NCBI GenBank assembly: GCA_009914755.4
Contig: CP086569.2
Span: forward strand, 6,016,001 to 6,080,000
Reading direction: 5' to 3'
DNA length: 64,000 nt
Origin: the human T2T-CHM13v2.0 reference genome, Homo sapiens
Both the position numbers and the translations under genes were made by a program. The notes under the pieces were generated by a model. That model worked only from the letters and a program-made list of their open reading frames with translations. It had not been told where the DNA came from and made no database searches. Below are positions 41,695 to 54,832 of this stretch, one piece after another. How positions within the stretch are numbered: position 1 is the first letter of the stretch; each line of letters opens with the position of its first letter.

Positions 41695-42052
41695 GGAGGA
41701 AGGCTATTTCTCTTACTGTCCCCTGTTCTCTGAATAGAAGGAGGAAGTAAAAGCTGAAAAACATCAGGAATGAAATCATTGACAAGACCAGCTGGTGCCA
41801 CTAATGAACAGGCCTGAGGTTAAAAGTTTAACCCACCACTCTAACCACACGTGCTATCTCTAGATCTCAATCTATTACAACCCTTTCACGTGTAACCCCT
41901 TAAAGTTGTAAGCACTTAAAAGGGACAGGAACTGTTTCTTCCAGGAGCTCAGTTCCTGAGACAGGAGTCTGCCAACACTCCCAGCTGAATAAAGCCACTT
42001 TCTTCTTTAATCCAGTGTCTGAGGGGTTTTGTTCATGGCTTGTCCTGCTACA
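41695..42052 (+). mobile_element. ERV 3' LTR (~360 bp), preceded by a polypurine tract
   Basis: PPT aaagagggggatgagg at ~41683. The LTR begins tgaggaggaagg..., carries a TATA-like ttaaaagggacagg and a polyadenylation signal aataaagcc at ~41988, and ends ...gcttgtcctgctaca. Confidence 0.65.
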
Positions 42053-43904
42053 AAGGAATGCAGCAATGGGGTTGACTGGTTCTGCAAGAAGCCCCCACCT
42101 GGGAGACAGCAACCCCAGGGAAAACAGCCTGGCTCTACCTAGAAATCACAGTGGGGTAAGTTTCAAAAAGGCTCACCCCTACAATGTCTAGGTTGAATGA
42201 GGAATCCTGAAGATCATTTTTTATTATTAGGGATTTCATGGTTTATTGCTGGAACTTTACTTGAGGTTTCTTCAGGCTGGCTCACATCTGCCCTCTCCTA
42301 GGATCATGGAACAATACCATGGATCCCACAGTGAAGACAGGTGAGAGTCCACCTTTGACACAACTCCACGGAGGTCTTCTTCTCCACCAAGCCACAGGAA
42401 CTTGTTGCTAGGCAATGGTTACACTCATTGTGATGCTAGCCAGAGCTCACAATCAGGCCTGGTGCCCTGAGAGTAGTGCATGCCCATTCCTGTGGCAGCC
42501 TATGTTTCCTGTCTGTCAGAGCTGTCAGCCTGCTTAAGCAGAGTAAAATGGTACAGGCAGTGCAGCCTGGTAGCGAGAAAAAAGGCTGCCTGTGAAATCC
42601 CACTGTGGGACCATAAGTGGGGACCTCAGGGCCCCTTCATGGCATCTCCATGGCCATGTCATGCTGGAGAAGGAGGCGTTTCAAGAATGTGAGCTGATCG
42701 CTGGAAACTGCTCATCTGACTCCAGTCTCAAAAGAGGCTATGTGCAAGAATCGGGTATGATGGGGATGCAAATATAGTTTGCTGTGTTGTTGAGGGTTAT
42801 TTGGATGATAGAATCATACCTGAGACCCCAGAAGCTGGGGTCAGTGAAAGATAGTTGGGCCCTTGACCTCACTTCCTCCCTTCATTTTGGGCCTCACAGG
42901 GGCTCTCTGGGAAAGTCTGGACCTAAGACAAAGGCAAGTCCAAGGTGGAGCACTGTTCTCACACCTTGGACTGACCACTCATGGGTGCAGATGAGGTTGA
43001 GACAGTGTGTCAAAGGCCATTTATGGCATGGCAAGGATAAAAAGTTGTGTCAGTACTGCTGTTTAGGGGTACTGTAGATTCCCCATGAAAGCAAAGAAAA
43101 ATAAAACCTCATCTCTCTAGAATGAGCTGCCTTGTGCTGGAGTCCAAGCAATGTTCAATGATTCCTGTCAGAGGATCCAAATGCCTCCTGTAAAGTGGAA
43201 GGAACTTCAGCCCCCCAAATGAGACAATGACCCAGAACCTGGAGTGCAGCCAGCCTACCTGAAGTCCCTTTTCCTCTCTGAAATCCTGGTAACTAAATTA
43301 TCTGTGTAGAGAGGCAGTCCTACTGAAAAACAGCTGAATGAAAGAGCCCCTCCACAATAAGGAAACCAGGCAGATGAAATGAAACAGAAGATAGACTACC
43401 AGACAAAAGCCAGACATGAATGCCTGCTTCTCACCCTGCAGAAGTCATGCAGCCCTTTGATAGGAGTGGGAGAGGAAGAGTTTGCTTTTTGGTGGCTGTA
43501 ACAGGAATTTACTGTTTTAAAAGTATCAAAGCAGCTCAGTCATTAAAACGTGATGGTGTTTAGAAGGAAACACTCACACAGTGGATCACCGTGAGGGTTG
43601 TTCTTTGTGAACTGGGAAATGTTCTGTGTTGGAAGTCATTGAACCAGACCCAGGAAACTGTAGGCCAGTGAGGAACATGGAAGTCAGGAAAAGATGAGGC
43701 AAGTGTGGAGGCCACATTCCACCTAGCATGAATTTATTCCACTTCCATTTTGTTCCGGGTATGAAAGCCCTCAAATCGGAAGTTTGCCAGGATGGCCCCA
43801 GCTTGTACGCTCACCTGAACACTGAGCCATGGTGTGGACTGCTTCTTCAACTAAGGGAATGTGGGGATGGTGTTGGAAGTACCTTCTGAGTCACCTGTCT
43901 TCAG
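42053..43904 (+). repeat. array unit 14 (partial; lacks modules A and B and the CA repeat)
   Basis: The unit resumes after the LTR at the ggttctgcaagaagcccccacctgggagacagcaacc position, which lies just after the CA module. Confidence 0.8.
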
Positions 43905-46178
43905 GTGACAACCTTCACCTGATTGAATTCTCACCCCTATCCGATGTTATGGCTGCTTATACTCTGTGTCCCAAAATAAAATCCCAAAATGATGGAGGAG
44001 TGCCCCCTCAGGACGTGAAGCACTTGCTAAGCTGGGGACTGAATTTCAGGTAAATTGAAGGGGCCCTGAAAACAAGACTGCTACTGTCTCTGTCTGGGTT
44101 GGCCACATAACAATGAAACACTAAAGATATCTATGTTTTTGTGTGGTGTGCTCCTCTTGTTTCTAGAAGAATGGCTTTGTGCTTTGTAGGGGGAGATTAT
44201 TTGGACATGGGTGGGTTATGGCCTGCCTCTCAATTCACTGAGACTTATGATGTGGCTCAAGCAGAGCCAAAAGGGTTGGAGACTCAAAAAACTAGCCCTG
44301 AATTGTGTTAGCCACATTCATTTAAGCACTCTCCACTTACAGACACACACACACAAACACACACACACACAAAATGCCACACACATGCAGGCCTCCAACA
44401 CTCACAACACTCCAACAGAAACACACAGGCTGGCAGCTCCTGAGGCTTCGTGGTTGTGCAAGAAACTTACCCTGGCAGAGAGCAACCCCAGGGCATACTG
44501 GCAGGCTTTACCTGGGAAGCACGGTGGGGCAAGTTTCAGAAAGACTAACCAATACAGCATCTAGCCAGTCCTAAAAAATCCTGCAGTTCCTTTTGGATCC
44601 TTAGCAATTTTGTGGTTTATTCCTGGGGCTATGCCTGATGTTTCTTTAGGCTGGTTCATGTCTGCCCTCTCCTAGGATCGTGGGACTATCCCGAGGCTTC
44701 CACAGGGAATAAAAGTGAGAGTCCACTGCTGATGCACCTCCACAAAGGTATCCTCCTCAGCCAAGTCACAGGGACTTGTCGCTGGGCAAATGTGACATTC
44801 ATTGTGACTCTAACCAGAGCTCAGATCTAAGCCCTAGTGTCCTGAGACTAGCATTAAAATTCTCTACCTTAGAACCCCTTTGGGATGTCTGCATCTTTGG
44901 GTACCACTGGAGGAGGACGCGTTTCAAGACTGTGAGGTGGTTGCTTAGGAGAGCTCTTCTGACTCCATTCCTGAAAGAGCCTTTGTGCAAGAATCAGGAC
45001 CCATCTAAATTGGAATATAGTCTGGTGAGTTGTTAAAGGATTTTTGTGTAATGGAATTATACCTGAGACACCAAAAATGAGTGTCAGTAAAATATAGCCA
45101 GTCCCTTGATCTCATTGCTTCCCTTCATCATGGTCCTCACAGGGGCTCTCTGCAAAAGGCAGGAAACATGAAAAAGGTAGGTCCAATATCAAGAAGTTCT
45201 TACACCGAACTGGAGTGTCATGGGTGCAGTTGATACTGTGAAATTGTCTCAGAGGCCGTTTTTGGCAATTGCAAGCCTGAAAATGGTGGCCAGTATTTCT
45301 GCTGAGGGGCAATGTGGGCCCAGCATGAAAGCAAAGAAAAATCAAGGCTCACCTGTGAGAATGAGTGGACTTGTCCTGGATTTCCAGAAATGTTCAAAGA
45401 TTTCTGCCAGAGGAACCAAAAGCCTCCCACAAAGTGCAAACAACCTCAGATTTTACAACAAGCCCATGACACAAAACCTGGAACACCACCAGCCGACCAA
45501 AGTCTTTTTGCTCCCTGAAATTCTGCTTGCCAAAAGAACCATTGTGAGTGGCAGTCCCATACAGCAAAAGCTCAATGAAAGAGTCTGTTTACAATGAGAA
45601 AGGAAGTGCAGATGAAGTGAAACACAGCCTTGGTTACTAGGTGAATCCAAACACGGCTCCCTGCTTCTCATCCTACGGGAGTCAAGCAGCCTTCCAATAA
45701 AAGTGGGAGAACGAAAGTTTCCTTGTTGGCAGCTGTAATGGGAATTGATGCTTTAAAAATAAATACAGCTGCCCATTCATTAAAATGTGACAGTGATTAG
45801 AAGGAAACACTCATGCAATGGATTCCAATTAGTTCGACCTCCATGAAGTGGGAAAGGTTTAGTGTTGAAGATTTTGAGCCACATGCAGCATGCCATAGGC
45901 CATAGAGGAACATGGAAGACATGAAAAAAACAGGCAAGTGTGGAGGCCATATTTCACCCAGAACTAGTCCATCCCACTCCCATTTGGCTTTGCCTATGAA
46001 AGCGCTCAAATCTGGAGTTTGCCAGGATGTCCCCAGTTTGCACTCCAAATGTTCTCTGCATGTTGGAGTACTCCCACCTCAACAATGGGCCATGGTGTGG
46101 ACTACTTGTGCAAATAGTGGAATGTAGGGATTCAGTTGGAAGCATCTTCTGTGTCATTTGTCTTCACCTTATTTGCAG
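43905..46178 (+). repeat. array unit 15 (2274 bp; internal deletions in modules A and B)
   Basis: Module A 43905-44049 (145 bp), module B 44189-44273 (shortened). Confidence 0.8.
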
Positions 46179-48540
46179 GTGAAGTTGTGAGACCCCATCC
46201 ACCCCTCACAAGATTGTATCCCCACCCTGTCTGACCTTACTGCTGCTCAAACTATCTGTCCAAGGATGAAAACCCAGGACAAAGGAGGAGTAACCCTCAT
46301 GATGTGAAGCACGTGTTCACCTGTGAATATAACCTGAGGTAAATTCAAGGGTTGTTGTAGACAGGATTGCTATTGTCTCTCCCTGGGTTGGCCACATGAC
46401 AATGAAAACCTGGGAGATGTCTGCTCTTGGGTGTGGTTTGACTCTCTTCTACCTAGAAGAGTTGCTTTTTTTGCAGGGCATGGTGACTTGGACAGCAGCA
46501 TGTCTCGGCCAGCCTCCCAACTCACTGCAGATTCATGATTCACAAAAAAATAAAGAACATGGAGTTCTATGTCCCAAACAGAGGCGTACAGGAAGACAAC
46601 AAAAGGTTGGAGACTCAACAAAATGAAGTGCTGCAGTGTGTTAGCCACATTCCTTTAAGCAGACTCCATTTACAGGCACACACACACACACACACACAAA
46701 TGTACAAAGTCAAACACACAGGCAGACATCCAACACTTGCAGCACTCCCACAGAAACACACAGCCTATCAGCTCCTGAGGCAGTTTGGTTCTGCAGGAAG
46801 CCACACCTAGGAGGGAGCAACACCAAGGAACACAGGAGGGCTGTACCTATACATCACAGTGGGGCAAGTGTCAAAAGCACTCACCCCTCACTCACTCACA
46901 GGGGTGAGGATACAGTGCCTAGGCAGGCCTGAAGCATCTTGCAGACCCTTTTGGATCCTTCTGGAATTCATGGTTTATTCCTGGTGCTCTTATTGACATT
47001 ATTTCAGGCTGGCTCATATTTGCCCTCTCCTAAAATCAGGAGACTATACAGTAATTCCCACAGAGAAAACAGGTGAGAGTCCACCACCGACAGCACCTGT
47101 AAAAAGGTCTTCTTCTCCGCCAACCTGCAGGAACTTGTCTCTAGGAAATGGTGGCATTCACTGTGACGCTAATCAAAACTCACAGCTCAGTCTTTGTGCC
47201 TTGAGACCAGTGCCTTCGCATTCAAGAGGCATGTTCTGGGGCCTGGCTGTCAGAGCTGTTAGCCTGACCAAAAAGAGGAACAAAGAAAAGGCACTGTGAT
47301 AAACCACTGCTGGACCCAAAAAGTCTAGGCCATAGGGCCCTTTTGGGCAGTCTCTGAGGTCGAGTTCCACTGAAGGAGAACTCATTTTGAGACTGTGAAG
47401 TGGTCGCTGCAATCAGATACTCTGCCTCCATTCTGGAAAGAGGCTGTGTGCAAGAGGCAGTTCCTATGGGGATTGTAATACAGTCTGGTGAGTTACCGGG
47501 CCTCACAGGGGCTCTCGGGAAAAGGTAAGAACCACGACAAAAGAAAGTCCAAGATAAAGCATTGTTCTCACACCTTAAACTGGCTGTTCTCACACCTTAA
47601 AATGGGTGCAGGTGAGGTGGAAACAGTTTCTCAGTGGCTGTCTGTGGTGAAAGCAAGCCAGAAAAGGGTGTCCAGTAGTGCTGATGAGGGGCAATGTGGA
47701 ACCCTCATGAAAGCAAAGAAAAATGAAGGCTCATCTGAGCAAATAAGCTGACTTGTGCAGGAGTCCAAATAATGTTCAAAGATTTTTGTCAGAGGACCCA
47801 AAAGCCTCCTACAAAGAGCAAACAACATCAGCCTCCACAAGGAGAAAAAGACCCAAAATCTGGAGTATAGCCAGCATACGCAAAGTCCTATAGGCTTCCT
47901 GAAGTTCCTGGCAGCCAAAAGATCTGTAGGGAGGAGGCAGTCCCATCCAGCAAAAGCCAATGAAATATCCACTCCACAGAGAGAAAGGACTTGCAGATGA
48001 AGTGAAACAGAGCTAAGATTACCAGGCAAATGCAGACATGGCTGCCTGCTTCTCATCCTAAAGGAATCATGCAGTCTTCCAATAAAAGTGGGAAAACAAG
48101 AGTTTCTATGTTGGTGGATGTAATGGGAATTTATGCTTTTAAAAGTATCACAGCTGCCCAGTCATTAAAATGTGGCAGAGTTTAGAAAGAATCCCTCATG
48201 TAATGAATTCCCAAGAGAGTCATCCTCTGTGAACTGGGAAACTTTTAGTGTGGAATACGTGTAGCCATACCCAGGAAAACTTAGGCCAAAGAAGATCATG
48301 AAAGTCAGGAAAAGAAGAGGCAAGTGTGGCAGCCACATTCCATCCAGCATCAATCCATCACCCTCTCCTTTGCCTTTGGGTATGAAAGCCCTCACATTGG
48401 GAGTTTGCCAGGATGGCCCCAGTGTGTACTCAAAATTTTCCCCATACATTGGAGTACTTCCACCTGAACACCAGGCTGTTTAGCTGGAAACAATCTCTGT
48501 GTCGTCTGTCATCCTTTTTCTTTTTTTTTTTTTTTTACAG
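46179..48540 (+). repeat. array unit 16 (2362 bp)
   Basis: Module A 46179-46338, module B 46477-46605; ~100-bp deletion near 47480. Confidence 0.85.
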
Positions 48541-51128
48541 GTGCAGTTGGGGTATCCCATGCACCTCCCCAGATTTCATCTTTACTCCTATCTGACATCA
48601 TTGCTGTTGACACTCTATGCACCAGGATGAAATCCAAAGATGATATTTGAGAGCCCCCCGACCTAAGACATGAATTATTGGCTTGGCTGGGAATCGAATT
48701 CAAGGTGAATTCAATGTGCCCTGTGCACAGGACTGCTAGCATCTCTCCCTGGGTTGGCTGCAAGACAATGAAACACTGAGATGTCTCATTTTTGGTGTGG
48801 TGTGCTCCTTTTCTTTCTAGAAGAGTGGCTTTTCTCACACACACAATGCCACACACACACTCAGACATCCAACATTCACAACACTCCCACAGAAACATAC
48901 AAACCAGTTACTACTCAGACTGTGCTGTTGTGCAGGTAGCACCAACTGGGTCTGCAGGTAGCCCAAGCAGACCCACACAGAAAAGCCACCAAAAGGTTGG
49001 GAGATGTACATACAGCAAACACTGAAGTGCATTAGCAATATTCCTTAGGCAGACTGCACTTACAGTCTCTCACACACACACACATACAAACACACAATGC
49101 CACCCACATGCATGTAGACATCCAACACTCACAGCACTCCACCAGAAAGGTTGGCAGACTAAAGAAGAAGTGCTGAAGTGTGTTAGGCACATTATTTTAA
49201 GCACACTCCACTTACAGACACATAAACACGCACATACACAAACACACAATGCTACACACACACACACAGCCATCCATCACATGCAAGACTCTCATAGAAA
49301 AGCAAAGACTGGCAGCCCCTGAGGCAGTGTTGTTCGGAAAGAATCCCAACCTGGGAGACAGCAACCCCAAGAAACACAAGGGAACTGTACCTAGAAATCA
49401 CGGTGGTGCAAGTTTGAAAGAGACTCAACCCTACAAACTTCTGGGTAGTCCTGAGAAATCCTGTATATCCTTTTGCATCCTAAGGGATTCTGCAGTTTAT
49501 TCCTGGAGGTGTACTTGACTTTTCTTCAGGCTGGCTCATGCCTGCCCTTTTCTAGGATCATGGGACAATCCCATGAACACCACAGAGAAGTCAGGTGAGA
49601 GTCCACGGCCGATGCATCTCCAAGGAGGTCTCCTCTGCCAAGCCACAGGGCATTGTCACAAGGCAGCAGTGACATTCATTGTGATGCTAGCCAGCACTCA
49701 CACTCAGGCCTGGTGCTCTGAGACTAGCACATGTGCATTTCTGAGGCAGGCTCAGGCACTCATCAGAGCTGTCAGCCTGCCTAAGCAGAGGAAAATGGTA
49801 CAGGCAGAGCCTGCCTGGTATAGGGAAAAATGCTGCCTGCAATAACCCACCACTGGACATAAAAATATAGATGACAGGGCCCTTTCAGGCAGTCTCCAAG
49901 GTTGGGTTCTGCAGAAGGAGAAGTCACTTTGAGACTGTGAAAGGGTCGCTGCAATCTGCACCTCTGCCTCCATTCCCAAAAGAAGATGTGTGCAAGAGTT
50001 AATTCCCATGGGGATTGAAATACCATCTGGTGAGTTTTTGAGGCATCTCTGGGTGATGGAATCATCATTGAGACCCAAGAGGTGGGTGTCAGTGAAAGAT
50101 GGTTAGGCCCTTGACCTCACTGCCTCCCTTCATCCTGGGCCTCACAGGAGCTCTCTGGGAAATACAGGAACCACAACAAAAGCAAGTCCCAGATAAAGCA
50201 TTGTTCTCATATCTCAAACTGGCCTTTCACAGATGCAGATGTGGTTGACAGAGTATGTCTGAGGTGGTCCATGGCAATTGCAAGACAGAAAATGGTGTCC
50301 AGTACTGCTAATGAGGGGCAATGTGGACTCCCCTTGAAAGCAAAGAAAAATGAAGGCTTATCTGAGCAAACAAGCTGACTTGTGTGGGAGTACAAGCAAA
50401 GTTCAAAGATTCCCATCAGAGGACCCAAAAGCCTCCTGCAAAGCGCAAACAACATCAGCCCCCACAAGGACACCATGATCCACATCCTGGCATGTAGCCA
50501 CCATATGCAAAGTCCTTTTGGCTTCCTGAAATTCCTGGCAGTGAAAAGATCTATAGCAAGAGGCAGTCCCATCCAGCAAGAGCCAATGAAAGATCCACTC
50601 CACAGCAGGGAATGACATGCAGATGAAGTGAAACAGAGCCAAGATTAGCAGGAAAATGCAGAACACAGCTGCCTGCTTCTCCTCCTACAGGAATCATGCA
50701 GCTCTTTGATAAAAGGAGAATAAAAATTTCTGTATTGGCAGTTGTAACGGGAATTTATGCTTTTAAAAGTCTCATATTGCCCAGTCATCAAAATGTGACA
50801 GAGTCTAGGAAGAAACACTGATGCAATGGATTCACATGAGAGTGGTCCTCTGTGAACTGGGAAACTTCTAGTGTAGAAGATGTGGAACCAGACCCAGAAA
50901 ACCCTAGGCCAAAAAGGAACATGAAGACACAAGTGTGGTGGCCACATCCCACCCAGCATCAATCCATCACACTTTCATGTGGCTCTGGGTATGAAAGCCC
51001 TCACATTGAGAGTTTGCCAGGATGGCCCCAATTTGTTCTCAAAATGTTCTCTGCATGTCCACCTGAACACCAGGCTATTTACTTGGAAGCAGCTTCTGTG
51101 TCATCCATCTTTATTTTATTTTTTTCAG
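48541..51128 (+). repeat. array unit 17 (2588 bp; CA module locally triplicated)
   Basis: Module A 48541-48704. At 48830-49300 there are three tandem sub-copies of the linker+(CA)n+tail segment, and module B is rearranged. Confidence 0.8.
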
Positions 51129-52596
51129 GTGATATTGCAAAACCTTATACACCCTTCACCAGATTTTGTCCTTACTGCTATTTGACTTTATTCCTGCTCA
51201 TACTGTATGTTCCAGGATGAAATCAAAAGATGATGGAGAAGTGCCCCCCGCCACAAGATGTGAATCACTTGCTCAGCTGGGAACTGAATTCAAGATTAAT
51301 TCAAAGTGCCCAGTGGACAGGACTGCCAGTGTCTATGCCTGGGTTGGCCTCATGACAATGACACACTAGGAGATACCTCTTTTTGGCATGGTGTGCTCCT
51401 CTTCTTTTTAGAAGAGTGGCTTTTTTTGAACACACAATGCCACACACACGCTCAGACATCCTACACTCAAAATACTCCCACAGAAATACACAGCCCAGCA
51501 GCTACTGAGGCTGCATTGTTGTGCAGGAAGCACTACCTGGAGAAAGTCCCACATCCCAAGCAGAGAAACACAGGCCACCAAAATGTTGGAAGACTCAAAA
51601 ACAGAAAGCACTGAAGTGCATAAGTAATATTCCTTTAAGCAGACTCCATTTATAGTCACACACACACACACAATGCCACACAAAGATGCAGACATCCAAC
51701 ACTCGAAATCCTCCACCAGAAAGGTTGGGAGACTAAAAAAAAAAAAAAAAAAAGAGAAAGACAAAGGGCTGAAGTGGGTTAGCCACATAATTTCAAGCAC
51801 ACTCCACTGACAGGTGCACACACACACCCAATGCCACACACAGATGCAGACATCCAACACTCGCAACACTCCCACAGGAAAACACAGCTCAGCAGCTCCA
51901 GAGGCTATGTGATTCTGCAGGAATCCCAACCTGGGAGAGAGCAAGCACAAGAAACCCTGGTTGGCTACACCTAGAAATCACAGTTAGGCAAGTTTCAAAA
52001 GACTCATGCTTACAACATCTAGGGTGGCCTGAAAAATCCTGCAGAGGTTTTTGCCTGTGTGTAAGCAAGGTGGCATCCTAAGCAGAGAAAAATGGTACAG
52101 GCAGAGTAGGCCTGTTTTTAATAAAAAGGCAGTGTGTGAAAACCCACTGTGGGACCCTAAATGTCTCGACCTGAAGGCCCCTTTGGGCTGTCTCCATGGT
52201 CAGGTCCCACTGCCGGAGGAAATATTTTGAGATAGTAACCTGTTCGCTGGAAACTGCCCTTCTGACTCCATTTTTGAAACAGGCTGTGAGCCATAATCTG
52301 GTCCCATAAGAATTGGAATATAATCTGTTGTGTTGTTGAGGGTTGTTTGGGTGACAGAATCATACCTGAGAACTTAGAGGTGGGTGTCAGTGAAAGAAGG
52401 TTGGGCTCTTGACCTCACTGCATCCCTTCATCCTGGGTCTCTCAGAAGCTCTCTGGGGAAGGTAGAAACCACAACAGTGGCAAATCCAATGTAGAGGAGT
52501 GTTCTCATACCTTGGACTGGTCTTTCACTGTGCAGTTGAGGTTATTCTTACACCTCAGACTGGCCTTGGACTGTGCAGATAAGGTTGAGACAGTGA
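51129..52596 (+). repeat. array unit 18 (truncated; same CA-module triplication as unit 17)
   Basis: Module A 51129-51294; sub-repeats at 51420-51900 including A19 at 51735-51753; deletion junction at ~52596. Confidence 0.8.
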
Positions 52597-54832
52597 AACA
52601 CTGCGAGATGTCTGTTTCTGGTGTGGTGTGCTCCTCTTCTTTCTAGAAGAGTGGCTTTTTTTGTGGGGGGAGTTGATTTGGACAATTGTGTGTCTTGGCC
52701 CACCTCCCAATGCAATGCAGATTCATGATCCACAGAAAAATAAAGAACATGGAGCCCCAAAGCACAAGCAGAGCAACAGGCAGGCCAACAAAGATTGAAA
52801 CATACAAAAAAAAAAAAAAAAGCAGCAGCACTGAAGTGCGTTAGCCATATTATTTAAGCAGACTCCACTTACAGCCACAAACACATTCTCAAACACGCAA
52901 TGACACACACACACACATATCCAACAGTTGCAACACTCCCACAGAAGAACATAGCCCAGCAGCACCCGAGGCTGCATAGCTCTGCAGGAATTCCCACCTG
53001 GGAGAGAGCAATCCCAGGGAACATAGACAGGCTGTACCTAGAAACCACAGTGGGGCAAGTTTCAAAAAGACTCACCCCTACAATATCTAGGCAGGCCTAC
53101 AAAATCTTGCAGATCTTTTTGGATGTTTAAGGATTTTGCGGTTTATTTCTGTAGCTAAGCTTGATGTTCCTTCACGCTGGCTAACGTCTGCCCTCTCCTA
53201 GGATCATGAGACTATCTGTGGATTTCACAGAGAAGACAGACGAGAAGACACCGCTGACACTTCTCCACGGAGGTCTCCTTTTCCACCAAGATGCAGATGC
53301 TTCTTGCAAGGCAATGGTGACATTTATTGTGATGCTAGACAGAGCTCACAATCAGACCAGGTGCGCTGAGACTAGCGCAAGTGCATTTGTGAGGCAGACT
53401 CAAGTCAGGTTGTCAGAGCTGTCAGCCTGCCTCTGCAGTGGATAATGGTACAGGCAGAGCTGGCTTGGTATTGGGAAAAAGGCTGACTATAAAAACCCGC
53501 TGCAGGACCCTGAAAGTCTTGACCTCAGGGACCCTGCTAGCCATTTCCTTGTTCAGGTCGCGCTGGAGGAAGAGGTGTTTCGCGACTGTGAGGTGGTCGC
53601 TGGAAACTGCTCTTCTAACTCCATTAGCGAAAGAGGGTGTGTGCAATAATTGGGTCCCAAGGGGATTGGAATATAATCTGGTGTGTCGTTGAGTGTTCTT
53701 TGGGTGACAGAAACATACCTGAGACACCAGAAGTGGATGTCAGCAAAAGATGATTGGGCTTTTGAACTCAATGGCTCCCTTCATTCTGAGCCTTGCAGGG
53801 GCTATCTATGAAAGGCAAGAACCATGACAAAGGCAAGTCTAATGTGGAGCAGTGTTCTCACATCTTGGAATGGCCTCTCACTTGTGCAGATGTAGTTGAG
53901 ACAGTGTCTCAGAGGCCATCTGTGGTGATGGCAAGCTTGAAAATGGTGTGCAGTGCTGCTGTTGGGGGGCACTATGGATTCCCCAAGAAAACAAAGAAAA
54001 ACCAAGGTTCACCTAAGAATGAGCTGCCTTTGCTGGAGTCCAGGCAATGTTCAAGATTCCTGTCAGAAACCAAAAGCCTCCTGCAAAGTGCAAACAACTG
54101 CAGCCTCTACGATGAGACAATGATCCACAATATGGAGTGCAGCCAGTTTATCAAAGTCCCTTTTACTCTCTGAAATCCCTGGCAGCAAAATAATCTGTGG
54201 CAAGTGGCAGTCCTAGCCAGCAATAGCCCAGTGAAAGGGCCCCTCCACAATGAGAAGTCCATGCAGATGAGATGAAACAGGGGCTAGATTATCAGGCTAA
54301 AGCCAGACGTGGCTGCCTCCTTCTCATCCTAGAGTAAACATGCAACCCTGTGATAGAAGTGGGAAAAAAAACAGATTCCTTGTTGGTGGGTGTAACAAGA
54401 ATTTACCGTTTTAAAACTATCAAAGCTTCCCAGTCTTTAAAAGGTGACAATGTTTAGAAGGAAACACTCATGCAATGGATTCCCAGGAGGGTTGTTCTCT
54501 ATGAATTGGGAAACATTTAGTGTGGAAGTCATTGAGCCAGAAAGAGGAAACCCTAGGTTGATGAAAAACATAGAAGTCAGGGGGAAAAAGGCAAGTACGG
54601 AGGCCACATCCAACCCAGCATCAATCAATACTCCTCCCATTTGGCTCATGTATGAAGGCTCTTAAATTGGGAGTTTGCAAAAATGGCCCCAATTTGCCCT
54701 CCAAATATTCCTTGCAGATTAAAGTACTCCCACCAGAACACCGAGCCATGGTGTGGACTGCTTGTGCAATTAAGGGGATGCAGAGATGAAGTTGGAAGCA
54801 CTTTCTGTGTTATCTGTCTTTATGTTTTGCTG
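52597..54832 (+). repeat. array unit 19 (lacks module A)
   Basis: Module B ~52671-52793. Confidence 0.8.

Larger units (their letters stand above)
37588..42052 (+). mobile_element. 5'-truncated gammaretrovirus-like (class I) ERV provirus: gag NC remnant, pro, pol (RT-RNaseH-IN), env start, 3' LTR
   Basis: Gag NC zinc knuckle QCPCCKEIGHWKDKCP at ~37927-37974. RT homology includes ...LFAFEW.D...QLTWTRLPQGF.NSPT.F.. and a YVDD box read as LQSVDDLLQ at ~38996-39025. RNaseH/connection region: [18 protein letters not shown]...VFTHTVWPWPRLVAYFSKQLD...GWPPCLKALAATALL.QE..KLTLGQ, 39330-39800. Integrase HHCC and core (...RFRLP..MSSDN.PSFV...KLHTAY.P.S.GKV..MN.T.K, 40150-40800). Env start MRKLIVGLTFLKFWMC at 41154. 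No 5' LTR is present. Multiple frameshifts and stops. Confidence 0.85.

Noticed and set aside
37060-42610. The ~500-bp unit segment present on both sides of the ERV as a long target-site duplication
   Set aside because: The two flanks are only about 85% identical. They differ, for example, at ggaacaatcccacagaggagacagttgagtcaactgctgatgcacc versus ggaacaataccatggatcccacagtgaagacaggtgagagtccacctttgacacaac. They are therefore homologous parts of different units rather than a duplication generated at insertion.
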